A stretch of 64,000 nt of DNA from a virus. Below, in pieces: positions 20,501 to 29,476 of this stretch; the first letter of the stretch is position 1, and every line of letters begins with the position of its first letter. The notes below the pieces were generated by a model. That model did not search any database, had not been told where the DNA came from, and saw only the letters and a program-made list of their open reading frames with translations. The stretch is from positions 6,609 to 70,608 of IMG/VR virus record IMGVR_UViG_3300048589_000504; one strand, given 5' to 3'. The position numbers were made by a program, and so were the translations under genes.

Positions 20501-23500
20501 GCATACAGGAAGCGTTCGCCGGATTAGGCGACAGTATGAGCGAAAACAGCGATGTGATCGATGGGCTGAAAGAAGCCTTTGATCGCATCGTGCCGATTCT
20601 TGAAACAGTCGGCGGAATCATTGGCGGGGCGCTCGTCCTGGCGGTGAAGGTGCTCATGGAAGCCTTCGGGCAGCTAATCGAGAACGCCGGTCAAATTTTC
20701 GGCGGGCTGGTCGAGACTATCACCGGTGCACTGGACACGATTTCCAGCATCGTCGAAGGCGTGATCGGGATCGTTAAGGCGGCCATTGAAGGCGACTGGA
20801 CAGGCGCGTGGGAAGCATTCAAGGAAACAGCGTCCGGCGTCATCGAAGGCGTGACAACCATTATTAGCGGGTTGGGGGAGATCGTCGATGGTGTCTTCGG
20901 CGCAATTTGGGACACGATATCCAATCTCGTCACCGACCTCGGCGGCACGGCCGTCACATGGGATGAGTTCAAAACCAATATCAGCACCGCCTTTGAGGAC
21001 GCCAAGACAGCGGTCACGACAGCGCTCACTGACGCGCTGGCCGCTGTCACCGGCTTTGTGACCGACATCACGCAGGCAGGCCGCGACATCATCAATGGCC
21101 TGATCGGCGGTATCGAAGAAAAGAAGGAAGCCGTCAAAACCAAGATAACCGATATCATTGGCAGCATACCGGACGCGGTGAAGAAACTGCTCGGCATCGC
21201 GTCACCATCTCGCGTCTTCGCCGCTATCGGCAGCTTCATCATGGACGGCCTCGCCATCGGCATTGTCGAAGGCGCTGACGGCCCAGTCGCGGCCATTCGC
21301 ACGGCCGTCGGTGACATTAAGCTCACCGCCATGAACGAGATCGCGGAGATGGTCGTCAACGTCACCTCGGCGATCAATCCGGCGATTAACGCCCTGAACC
21401 AGTTGGCGAATTTCAGCGTTGACCCGCGCGTCGGCGAGAACACGAGCCAGTTCATGTTCTATCTGCGGCATCTGGTCGCCTCGGTGGTTGTCATGGCCTT
21501 CGAGCTGGACGGCGCGCGCAACAAGACGCTGAAAATGGCGCAGATCATCAATGAGATCGTCGGCAGTGTCGGCAGCGGAATCACGTCCTTTAACCAGTTA
21601 GCGCGCATGGCCTTCCCGCCCTCGCTATTGCCCAACATCGACCAGTTCGCCGGAGCGGTCGGGCTGTTGGCGTTCCAGTTCGCCTCCATCGCTGACCAAC
21701 TGGAAACCGAGTTGATCGTCAAGGCACAGGCGCTGGCTGAGATGACCGGCGAGTTGTTTGGCGTTATCTCCGAAGTGCTGGACGGCTCTCGTGCGCTGGC
21801 AAACATGGATTTCGCGGCAGTCGTGTCTGGGCCTTACGGCACGCTGGCGAATCAGATCGTTGTTTTCCGCAACATCGTGCGCACGTTGGTTCGTGAGTTC
21901 GCCGAAGCCGCGCTGGAACTTGGCGGCTTTGCCGATTTCGTAAGCGCGTTTGCTGAGGCGGCAGATAAGGTAGTCGGCCTAATCGCTGAGGCATTGGAAG
22001 CGTCATTGGCGCTGGCTCAGACTGACTTCGATGCCTTGGTCAATGGCCCATACAACCATCTGGCGACGCAGATCGTGACGTTCCGCAACATCATTCGCAC
22101 GCTCGTGCGCGAATTCGCCGGAGCAGCGTCAGATTTCAGCGTCGAACTCATGGACAGCGTGAGCGCCTTCGCCGACGCGGCTGGGGATATTGTCGGCCTC
22201 GTCGCCGACGCGCTGGCTGCAACGACGCTGCTTTCGGAGTTCGACTTCGTAACGGCCGTCGGTGGCATGACGTTGGCAAACAACATCCTCATTTTCCGCA
22301 ACATCGTCAATACGCTTGTCGCCCGCTTTGCCGAAGTCGCCGCCGGTTTCACCGACGCTCTGTCGAGCCAGGTGCAGTCGTTTGCCGACGCAGCCGAAGC
22401 GGTGCTTGACCTGATCGAGCCGGGTATCGAAGCGGTGCGTATTCTGGCCAATGAGAGCATTCCCTCACTGGCCGAAGCCGGAGCCGGGACTGACACGACG
22501 CTCATTCGTTTATCGGACTGGATCAGCCTGATTGCCCAGCAGTTTTCCATGATCGCCCAGGGCATGAGCGAGGAAATGTTTACCAATGTTGAGGACTTCA
22601 CCAACGCGGCGCTGGATTCGATGAGCTTGATCGAGCCTGGTATTGCGGCCGTGCGCACATTGGCTACCGAAACCATCCCGTCCGTTGCTGAGGCCGGTGC
22701 GGGTACTGACACAACACTCATTCGCCTATCGGATTGGGTAAGTCTGATCGCGCAGCAGTTCAGCATGATCGCGCAAGACCTCAGCGAAGAGGCGGCAACG
22801 GCGATCAATCGCTTTGCAACCGCAGCAGAGGCGGTTCTCGGTTTGATTGAACCGGGCATCGCTGCGATTAAGGCGCTTGTTGAATATGAAGGGGTAAGCA
22901 CGCTGAAAGGCAAGGTTGAAACGTTTGCCGATGATTTGAAAACAGCCGTGGTCACGTTGGCGAACAAGCTGAACGAGATTGCTGACGGGGTGGAAGGCAC
23001 GCTTACGGATGCGGCGACACTGGCTGGGACAGCTTCCGGCGTGCTGGCGATTGTTGGCCCGGCTATCGACGCGCTGAAAAAGCTGGCCGAGTACGAAGCT
23101 GTCAATAAGTTGCCGGAAAAGATGACTAAGTTCACGACCGACCTTGATACGGCCGTGCGCACGCTATCGGAGAAGCTGAACGCGCTGGCGAATGACATCG
23201 GTGACGAAGTGGCGACTGCCGCCACGTTCGCGGGCAGCGTCACTGCTATCTTCTCGGAAGTGTCGTCGGCGCTTGACGGCCTGAAAGCTATCGCTGATGC
23301 CAAGACTCCCAAGACAGAGCCGAAGATGGAATATCTAGTCGAGCAGGCCAACCTCATCGCCACGACGCTCAGCGGCGCGAATCAGACGATCAATGGCACG
23401 ATTGTTGCGGCCGCCAAAGCATTCGCCGCCGCAGTGAATGAAGTCGTCAGTGAAGTCATCGAGGCGCTGGCAAGCCTGAACCGGCTCGTCACCGCCAACA

Positions 23501-24174
23501 CGCCGGGCGGCTTACAAGCGATCCTTGACGCTATGCGCGCGGCGCTCAGTAACCAGATCGGACCGGCGGGGATTATCGGACGCGAAATCGGCAACGCTTT
23601 TGCGACCGGCCTAATGGCTGAAATGCAAAGCCTGCTCAATCAACTGAGCGGAGCCATGAACACGCTGCTGGCTATTCTGCGCTCCGGCATTGGCCCGGCG
23701 GGGCAGGCGGGAACTGATTTGGGGAGAGCGTTTGCCTCGGCGTTGGCGGCACAGCAAGGGCTGGCGGCTCAGGCCGGTGCGCTTATCGGCGACGCAGCGG
23801 CCAATGGCCTGAAAAACGCGCTGAACAAGCAGGCCGCCAACATCGCCAACGCCGCGCGGGACATGGCGCGGCAGGCAGCGGAATCGGCGCGGCGGGAGTT
23901 ACAGATCGCGTCACCATCTAAGGTGTTCACAAAGATCGGCGAGCAAGCCGGTCAAGGGTTCGTGCTGGGCCTGCCGACCATCAACGCCGCTGCCTTTGCG
24001 GGCGCGGGCGCATCTTCTGCCACAACTAACAACGTGCGCCAAGGCGACAACATTTCGATCCACATCTCGGTTGGCGGCAACGTCAGCGCGTCAACGCTGC
24101 GCGACGTGGAGACGGCCGTGCAGCGCGGGCTGAACAGCGCCGGTCGCAGCGCGGAAAGCAGGAGACGGCGATGA
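17539..24174 (+). CDS. tail tape measure protein (intein-containing), 2211 aa
   Basis: TP901-type core (ALYQAISAG, DLMFTAVRLGK|TDFSQL), helical repeats, ASPSxVF motifs. Confidence 0.92.
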   Translation: MTAELAIIAKLEDNASKGLASLDGQLRGLEGAGGVASKGFANLETVMKATAVAGVAAFAAVGAGAIKLGVDGVKAFADFQGGMNEVFTLMPGMSQDAMSAMSNDVLAFGQSIGKTSDEIIPALYQAISAGIPAENVFTFMETANAAAVGGVTDLETAVDGITSVVNAYGAETMSAAQASDLMFTAVRLGKCVTGDTRVLLADGRYVRIDELEEGADVVSYDGRTFQVRPATWVDQGTKPTVKLTTRLGREITTTWNHPYLAHKKGRDIRSNARPEWTKVSDLEVGDRIAVPTALPYFGDVDVPEHEAAFLGLWLAEGAVQKGSAKITTTLYGDQITTWADKFGCVANNTDKREGAAPVYQFTKGYRGGRERTRPQELLIELGLDDVTSATKHIPEQVFSWKRERIATMLHWLFNGDGWLNDVRQQGRSGFQLGFCSKSEQLVRDVNHLLLRFGIVGRIRQRKDVNAWVWEVNRHYEISRFVRFIGIDRPAAERVAIHVPEKQKASFDVVEYDRIVSIESGPEQHVYDLCVDELHNFVANDIVAHNTDFSQLSASLFQVTPTAAALGVGFGDVTAALASLTAQGVPTSVATTQMRQMFIELSKEGGKTSATFQELAGQSFKDFIASGGNVADALEMLEAYAKETGVGVNDLFGSVEAGAAALGLTGSSMEGFRANLAAMDESAGATQAAYEQMKTGMQLVFDIIGATVDNFKIRIGAALAPFVDELAPKIAAFAEQALPKLETAFKAVTEVIALFTGLGSDSIDTLDNMRDVLFDLGMTSPQVDALETAVRNVADAIKSFIANLQEGMSPMDAFIEAIWDMVPLETAMALANIRDGINSFIDAVKTAVEPITSWIQENVKLQDILAVMGLVVASVVLPALASLLVTVLGFIAPIAALVLAVAGLRVAWESDFLGIRTAAEGAFEFLQGAFESVKTAIDTFKTAMADGLDPVDALREAIGTFGEDAQGVFDKVMEAVGKLTDFFAPTIERIQEAFAGLGDSMSENSDVIDGLKEAFDRIVPILETVGGIIGGALVLAVKVLMEAFGQLIENAGQIFGGLVETITGALDTISSIVEGVIGIVKAAIEGDWTGAWEAFKETASGVIEGVTTIISGLGEIVDGVFGAIWDTISNLVTDLGGTAVTWDEFKTNISTAFEDAKTAVTTALTDALAAVTGFVTDITQAGRDIINGLIGGIEEKKEAVKTKITDIIGSIPDAVKKLLGIASPSRVFAAIGSFIMDGLAIGIVEGADGPVAAIRTAVGDIKLTAMNEIAEMVVNVTSAINPAINALNQLANFSVDPRVGENTSQFMFYLRHLVASVVVMAFELDGARNKTLKMAQIINEIVGSVGSGITSFNQLARMAFPPSLLPNIDQFAGAVGLLAFQFASIADQLETELIVKAQALAEMTGELFGVISEVLDGSRALANMDFAAVVSGPYGTLANQIVVFRNIVRTLVREFAEAALELGGFADFVSAFAEAADKVVGLIAEALEASLALAQTDFDALVNGPYNHLATQIVTFRNIIRTLVREFAGAASDFSVELMDSVSAFADAAGDIVGLVADALAATTLLSEFDFVTAVGGMTLANNILIFRNIVNTLVARFAEVAAGFTDALSSQVQSFADAAEAVLDLIEPGIEAVRILANESIPSLAEAGAGTDTTLIRLSDWISLIAQQFSMIAQGMSEEMFTNVEDFTNAALDSMSLIEPGIAAVRTLATETIPSVAEAGAGTDTTLIRLSDWVSLIAQQFSMIAQDLSEEAATAINRFATAAEAVLGLIEPGIAAIKALVEYEGVSTLKGKVETFADDLKTAVVTLANKLNEIADGVEGTLTDAATLAGTASGVLAIVGPAIDALKKLAEYEAVNKLPEKMTKFTTDLDTAVRTLSEKLNALANDIGDEVATAATFAGSVTAIFSEVSSALDGLKAIADAKTPKTEPKMEYLVEQANLIATTLSGANQTINGTIVAAAKAFAAAVNEVVSEVIEALASLNRLVTANTPGGLQAILDAMRAALSNQIGPAGIIGREIGNAFATGLMAEMQSLLNQLSGAMNTLLAILRSGIGPAGQAGTDLGRAFASALAAQQGLAAQAGALIGDAAANGLKNALNKQAANIANAARDMARQAAESARRELQIASPSKVFTKIGEQAGQGFVLGLPTINAAAFAGAGASSATTNNVRQGDNISIHISVGGNVSASTLRDVETAVQRGLNSAGRSAESRRRR
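18109..19173 (+). mobile_element. intein with LAGLIDADG homing endonuclease (355 aa)
   Basis: Block A CVTGDTRVLLADG, block B TWNHPY, FLGLWLAEG and LHWLFNGDG, block F/G VYDLCV...HNFVANDIVAHN, +1 residue Thr. Confidence 0.95.
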
Positions 24175-25361
24175 GCGAGTACGCAGTGCTTGAACTCGTC
24201 TGCGGGCGCACGACGCTGGACCTGCTGTCTGCGCCTTATGCGCTGGCTGCCAACGGCTACGCTCCGGCCATCGCCTCACGCAGCAAAGGTGACTTGGGCG
24301 GCAAGGGTATCTATAACGATGTGCCGGAAGAGATCATTATCGACATTCACGGCCGTACACCTGCCGAGGTGTATGGCGGGCAGCAGAATCTTATCGCCAT
24401 GCTGGATCGCGCCGACGCATGGGAGAACAGCGGCGCGCGCGAAGCGGTGATCCTGCGTTTCCAGCCGCAGCACAGTTTGCTTGACGCCCCGCTGGAAAGT
24501 CTCGTCGTCGGCAAGACCGGCGACAGTGACGCGCTGCTATCGCTGGCCGCCAACTACAATGACCGCATCCTCATCTACGAGATCGAAGGGGCGCGCATTG
24601 CCTTTCGCCGACGCGGGCAACTGCTCGGCGATGAGGAAACAGCGGAGAGCACAAGCGCGGTCACGCTGCCGGGTGTGGTATCGGCGGCGGCGCTTTCAGA
24701 AACCGACTTCGCTTCGCCGACGGCCGTGGAACTGCTCGGCCTCGGCCTCGGCACGGAGCTGCTCGGCGACGGCTTTCTGGCGTTGACTACTGCGCCGGTT
24801 GCCAGCGTCAATGGCACGAATTTCGGCATCTTCGCCGTGGCCGACATGACCGGCGACAACTTCGCCTCACAGGACGATTCGGCGAACAATGCCTACGGCG
24901 ACGACATCATGCGCATTGACGCGGCCAGCAATCAGAGCGGCTCGCTCACGATTGACGTGGACAGTGATTATGAGGCGCTGCTGGTCTACGTCGCGCTGCG
25001 CAATAACGGCGCGACAACGCCGTGGCGCATCCGCGCGCGCTCCACCGGCTATCTGGACACGACCACGCGCTGGCAAGTCGTCGGCACAGCTTCGCAGCAG
25101 CCGCAGATCGTGGCGCTTGACGTGCTGCGCAGCGTGGCCGACTACCACAAGCGGATCGTGATCGAAGTCGAAACAGCCAAGAGCAGCGGTACGTTGGACG
25201 TGAACTACATCGCCACCGTGCCGCTGGTCGAAGACACGCACGTTATCGCCATCCGCGGCGGCGCGTACACGACGCAGGCGTACACCTACGATCTGGTCAT
25301 TGACCATCAGGCGCTGGCGCGCAAGCGGGCAATCGCTTATTTGAGGGCGGCGCAATCATGA
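24171..25361 (+). CDS. putative distal tail protein
   Basis: Coupled directly after the tape measure. Confidence 0.6.
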   Translation: MSEYAVLELVCGRTTLDLLSAPYALAANGYAPAIASRSKGDLGGKGIYNDVPEEIIIDIHGRTPAEVYGGQQNLIAMLDRADAWENSGAREAVILRFQPQHSLLDAPLESLVVGKTGDSDALLSLAANYNDRILIYEIEGARIAFRRRGQLLGDEETAESTSAVTLPGVVSAAALSETDFASPTAVELLGLGLGTELLGDGFLALTTAPVASVNGTNFGIFAVADMTGDNFASQDDSANNAYGDDIMRIDAASNQSGSLTIDVDSDYEALLVYVALRNNGATTPWRIRARSTGYLDTTTRWQVVGTASQQPQIVALDVLRSVADYHKRIVIEVETAKSSGTLDVNYIATVPLVEDTHVIAIRGGAYTTQAYTYDLVIDHQALARKRAIAYLRAAQS

Positions 25362-26212
25362 CAACAGTTGTAGAGCTAAACGCAAGTAAAGACGCCTGGC
25401 ACGAGGAAAAGCGCGCAAGTACGAAGTTCGGCACTGGCGACGGTTTGCATGTGGCCGTGCCGGGGCGCACAGAGTACGGGCAGCGCAATTCGTTCCTGCA
25501 CTTTGACTTGTCCGGCATTCCCAGCGGCTCGATATGCGAGAGCGCGGTGCTGACGCTGACCAACTACTACAATGGCGCGGGCGGCGCGTCTATTTCGCTG
25601 CATCCGATGCTGTTCGGCTGGTCGGAATCGCAGCTTAACTGGTATCAGTACGACGCCGGATTTAGCTGGCCCGGCGGGGCAGGCGGCAACAAGGCGGGCG
25701 TCGATTACGACAACAGCGTCACCCTCGGCACGTTCACCGGCCCGAACAGCAACTACGCCAAAGCCAGCGTCAACCTGAACCCGACAGAAGTCGCGAAGTG
25801 GTTCGGCGCCGCACCGGCGCGCGCCAACTTCGGCATGACCATGCGCGCAACGGCGCGTGTGAACAATTTCTATGGCAGCGGCGCAAGCGTAGCCGACCGA
25901 CGGCCGAAGCTGATCGTCACTTACACCGAAGCGACTGTCGGCAAAGCAGAGGTCGCGGCCACGGCTTACCGCGCAGGCGGGCAGGCATTGGCGACGGTTA
26001 CGACGGCGGTGCAGGAATTTGGCGTGATCCGTCTGCCGCCTATCCCGATCACCACCGGCGGCAATCTGTTCTGGCAAACGCGCGGCCCGGTCATCTCGGC
26101 GGCGCTGTTGATGACGCAGGGCGATATGTGGGTGATGTCCGATGACAGCGACGATCCGCAGACGTTTACGCTGCGGGTGAAGCGCAAGCGCGCGTATTTG
26201 GGGCCGCAATAA
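25358..26212 (+). CDS. tail protein with DNRLRE-like domain
   Basis: SFLHFDLSGIPSGS...SAVLTL...WSESQLNW...RPKLIVTY. Confidence 0.7.
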   Translation: MTTVVELNASKDAWHEEKRASTKFGTGDGLHVAVPGRTEYGQRNSFLHFDLSGIPSGSICESAVLTLTNYYNGAGGASISLHPMLFGWSESQLNWYQYDAGFSWPGGAGGNKAGVDYDNSVTLGTFTGPNSNYAKASVNLNPTEVAKWFGAAPARANFGMTMRATARVNNFYGSGASVADRRPKLIVTYTEATVGKAEVAATAYRAGGQALATVTTAVQEFGVIRLPPIPITTGGNLFWQTRGPVISAALLMTQGDMWVMSDDSDDPQTFTLRVKRKRAYLGPQ

Positions 26213-27753
26213 TGAGAGTGAGCATTGAACTATACGACGAGCCGCAGGGACGCCTGCTTGAGGACTGGACGGCCGTGGCGGTCGATCCGGTGATCAAGAG
26301 CGACGAGCACGGCTACTGGTCATTCTCGCTTTCTGTGCCGATGTCGCTGCGGGAGGGTTTTGAGTTCTACGCCAACAGCTACCGCCTATGGCTGGTCGTC
26401 TCATTTGGTGGGCGGGCGATTTGGGAAGGACGCGTGGAGGATGTCAAGCTCTCGGCGGGCATGATCGACGTGGTGGCCTACGGCGCGTGGAACTACCTGA
26501 CTGACACGCTCTACACCGCGCTCTGGTCAGATACCGGCTACGGCCGTTGGTTCCTGCTGACCGGCGACGACAGCGCGGCGGCAGGCGCGGACCGCTGGCA
26601 AGCGGACAACAATAACCGCCTCTATGCCGCGCCGATGAAGGATGAGCAGTTCGGCAATGCGGCGCATGTCTGCACCTGGGCCTACGCCATCCCGCAGAAC
26701 AGTGAGCGGCAGATTCAGGAGATTGAATTCGACTACGAGATGAAAGGGCCAAGCGGCGACTGGCGTATGCGCGTCTGCCGCGCTGACGGCTCGTGGGCGG
26801 CCAACCTGACCACGATCTGGCAGCTTGAATCCAACGGCTCGGTGCAGACAGGCAGCGGTGCGGTGGACTGGTCAGCGACGCCGACGGATCGCCTGATCGT
26901 GCAGATGTTTTACGACGCGGCCGGGCCGACGACGTACACCGGCGAGACCGGTGACGACGTGTATTTCAAACTCACGGCCGTGCGCGTCAAAAGCTTCACC
27001 GCCGACGAGCTGACCGCCGATGTCGTGGTACAGGCGCAGACCGCCTATGCCGCCTCACGCGGCGCGCCGCTGGCAACTGACGCGGCGCTGATCAGCAGCC
27101 CGAACGTGGACCTTGACGATCTGATCATCGAGGACAAGCGGCCCGCGGAGACGATTAGCGAACTGGCCGCGCAGGGCGACGATTCCACGCCGCCGCAGAG
27201 CTATGAGAGCGGGGTCTGGGAAGACGGCCGTGTTTTCTTCCGGCCACGCATCGCCGCCGACGCCGACGCCGGAGACGGCGATCACATGGTTTGGCATCTG
27301 TTGGTTGAGGCCATTGAGGCGGAGCGCAGCATCGCTACGCTGGCGAACAGCGTCTATGCCACCTATAGCGAAGACGGCCGTACAGAGCGGCTCACAGACG
27401 CCGACAGCGTGGCCCTGACCGGCGTGCAGCGTGACGAGATGGTCAACGTCAGTACGAGCAGCGCGGCGCGGGCCGAAAACGTGCGCGCGGCCAAGCTGGT
27501 GGACACGTCCGATCTCGAATCGCGCGCGTCGATTCGCATCGGCGCGATCATGGACACGCTCGGCACAGACGTGCCTTACTGGTCGGTGCGCAGCGGTGAC
27601 GTGGCCTATCTGACCAACTTGCCGCCGGGCAACCGCTTTCTGGACGGCATCCGTTCGTTCCGGATCAAAACGACTGAATACAACCTTGCCACCGGCGAGC
27701 TGGCATTAACGCCATCAGAACTGCCGCAGCTTGACGTGATTCTGGCGGGATAG
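26212..27753 (+). CDS. tail tip / baseplate-hub-like protein
   Basis: IWEGRVED N-terminal motif; VRSGD..FRI C-terminal motif; position. Confidence 0.6.
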   Translation: MRVSIELYDEPQGRLLEDWTAVAVDPVIKSDEHGYWSFSLSVPMSLREGFEFYANSYRLWLVVSFGGRAIWEGRVEDVKLSAGMIDVVAYGAWNYLTDTLYTALWSDTGYGRWFLLTGDDSAAAGADRWQADNNNRLYAAPMKDEQFGNAAHVCTWAYAIPQNSERQIQEIEFDYEMKGPSGDWRMRVCRADGSWAANLTTIWQLESNGSVQTGSGAVDWSATPTDRLIVQMFYDAAGPTTYTGETGDDVYFKLTAVRVKSFTADELTADVVVQAQTAYAASRGAPLATDAALISSPNVDLDDLIIEDKRPAETISELAAQGDDSTPPQSYESGVWEDGRVFFRPRIAADADAGDGDHMVWHLLVEAIEAERSIATLANSVYATYSEDGRTERLTDADSVALTGVQRDEMVNVSTSSAARAENVRAAKLVDTSDLESRASIRIGAIMDTLGTDVPYWSVRSGDVAYLTNLPPGNRFLDGIRSFRIKTTEYNLATGELALTPSELPQLDVILAG

Positions 27754-27765
27754 GGAGACACAACC

Positions 27766-28680
27766 ATGAAGTGGACGACAAGAGGGTTACGCAGACTGTT
27801 GGGTTATTCGTTTCGCGGCGAGAACGTGCCCGGTAATTTCTATCTGGCGCTCATCACCGCCGCGACGCCGCCGACGGCCGCGACAAAGAAGCTGAGCGAG
27901 CTGACGCAGATCGCCACCGGCTACGGCTACGCCAATGGCGGCGTCGTGCTGACGCGCAGCGATACCGACTTCACCCCGCTGACAGAAGACGACCTGCGCG
28001 GCCGCGCGGTGCTGCGACTGGCGACCAAGACGGTGACCGCAAGCGGCGGCGCGATTCCGGCGAGCGGCAGCCGCCCGCGCTATGTGGCCCTGACCGGCGA
28101 CAACGCGACCGTGGCCGACCGTGAGGTGTGGGCCTATTGGGATTTGGGCACAGAAGAGTATGCACCGGCGGGCGCTTCGTTCGACATTGAGGCGCTGCGC
28201 CTCCTCTTGTCGGCGGAAACGCGGTTCACGGTCGTCGGCCTGGCCGAAATGCTGGACTGGACTTTTCGGGCCGCGACCGCGCCGACGAACCTGTATATGG
28301 CTCTGGTCACGTCGGCCGCCGCGCCGACGGTCGCGACGGAGACGATGAGCGAATTGACGCAGATCGCGGCTGGAAATGGCTACAGCGCAGGCGGCTATCT
28401 ACTGGCGCGCAGCGCGGCAGATTTTGACACGCTCAACGAAAGCGATGTAGCAAATACGGCCGTGATCGGGGTGAAGGGCCTGTATTGGAGTGCGACCGGC
28501 GACCCGATACCGGCTTCCGGCGACGGCGTGATGTATGGCGTATTGACCACCGACGAAGGCACAGTCTCGGCGCGCAAGGTGCTGGCGTGGTGGCCCGTGC
28601 CGGATGGTCCGAAGACGGCGTTGGCCGGTAATCAGATCGCCCTGCGCGGCGCGACGGCGACATTCAGCGTGGCAGCGTGA
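27766..28680 (+). CDS. tail protein made of two tandem homologous domains
   Basis: YxALxTxA...SELTQIAxGxGY..GG..LxRS..DF occurs twice. Confidence 0.65.
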   Translation: MKWTTRGLRRLLGYSFRGENVPGNFYLALITAATPPTAATKKLSELTQIATGYGYANGGVVLTRSDTDFTPLTEDDLRGRAVLRLATKTVTASGGAIPASGSRPRYVALTGDNATVADREVWAYWDLGTEEYAPAGASFDIEALRLLLSAETRFTVVGLAEMLDWTFRAATAPTNLYMALVTSAAAPTVATETMSELTQIAAGNGYSAGGYLLARSAADFDTLNESDVANTAVIGVKGLYWSATGDPIPASGDGVMYGVLTTDEGTVSARKVLAWWPVPDGPKTALAGNQIALRGATATFSVAA

Positions 28681-28994
28681 ACGATATGGATTTTGGCGCG
28701 GTTCTCATTTTTGCTTTGCTCTGGTTTGGTGGGCTGATCTGCCTGCTCAATGCTTGGCTGTACGGTTCGCAGTTCCTGCGCTTGCAGTTCGTGTCGTTTG
28801 CTCTGGCGCTGTTTACCGCCGCGTCATTTTATGGCTATCTGGCCTACGTCAGCTATTCCGGTGCAGAACTGGATATTGAATTCTCGCGGGTGTGGGCGCG
28901 GATTGTTTTCGTCACGATTGGCCTGTTGTTAGGCCTGAACGCGACCGCGTGGCTCGTACTGGCGTGGTCACAGGGACAAGACGTAGAGACATGA
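28677..28994 (+). CDS. 3-TM membrane protein (holin-like)
   Basis: Three hydrophobic segments. Confidence 0.55.
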   Translation: MNDMDFGAVLIFALLWFGGLICLLNAWLYGSQFLRLQFVSFALALFTAASFYGYLAYVSYSGAELDIEFSRVWARIVFVTIGLLLGLNATAWLVLAWSQGQDVET

Positions 28995-29473
28995 GCGCAG
29001 AGCAGCAAATCATCTTGGGCATTTTGGCAAGCGGCGCGATGGGCGCGCTTGTCGCCGGTTTCTTTCAGGTGATTAACGCGCACGGCGCGCGCAAAGCAGA
29101 CGCGCCGGTTAAGGAAGCTGATGCGGCAAGTAAGCTATCGGATAGTGCCATGAAATTTGCCAATGAGCTGCAAGAAGAGCTAAAGAGGTTCCAGATCGAA
29201 AGAAACGAACTGCAAGAAGAGCTAAAGCGCTTCCAGAGCGAGATACGCGATCTGCAAACCGAGCGGCAAGTAGAGCGACAGGCAGAACAGGCCGAGCGCC
29301 ACGCTGAGCGCGAAGAACTGCTTGGCCGCGTGCGCGTGCTGGAAGCGCGTGTGTCAACACTGGAAGCGGAGAAGGCGGAATTGACTGTCGAGATTGAACA
29401 GTTACGTAACGAGAAAGCCGACAAGCGTCGGCGTGACGATATGGGGCGCTTTGTGCCCGAAAAAGGAGAGTAA
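28991..29473 (+). CDS. membrane-anchored coiled-coil protein
   Basis: N-terminal TM; NELQEELKRFQ repeated twice. Confidence 0.65.
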   Translation: MSAEQQIILGILASGAMGALVAGFFQVINAHGARKADAPVKEADAASKLSDSAMKFANELQEELKRFQIERNELQEELKRFQSEIRDLQTERQVERQAEQAERHAEREELLGRVRVLEARVSTLEAEKAELTVEIEQLRNEKADKRRRDDMGRFVPEKGE

Positions 29474-29476
29474 GTA

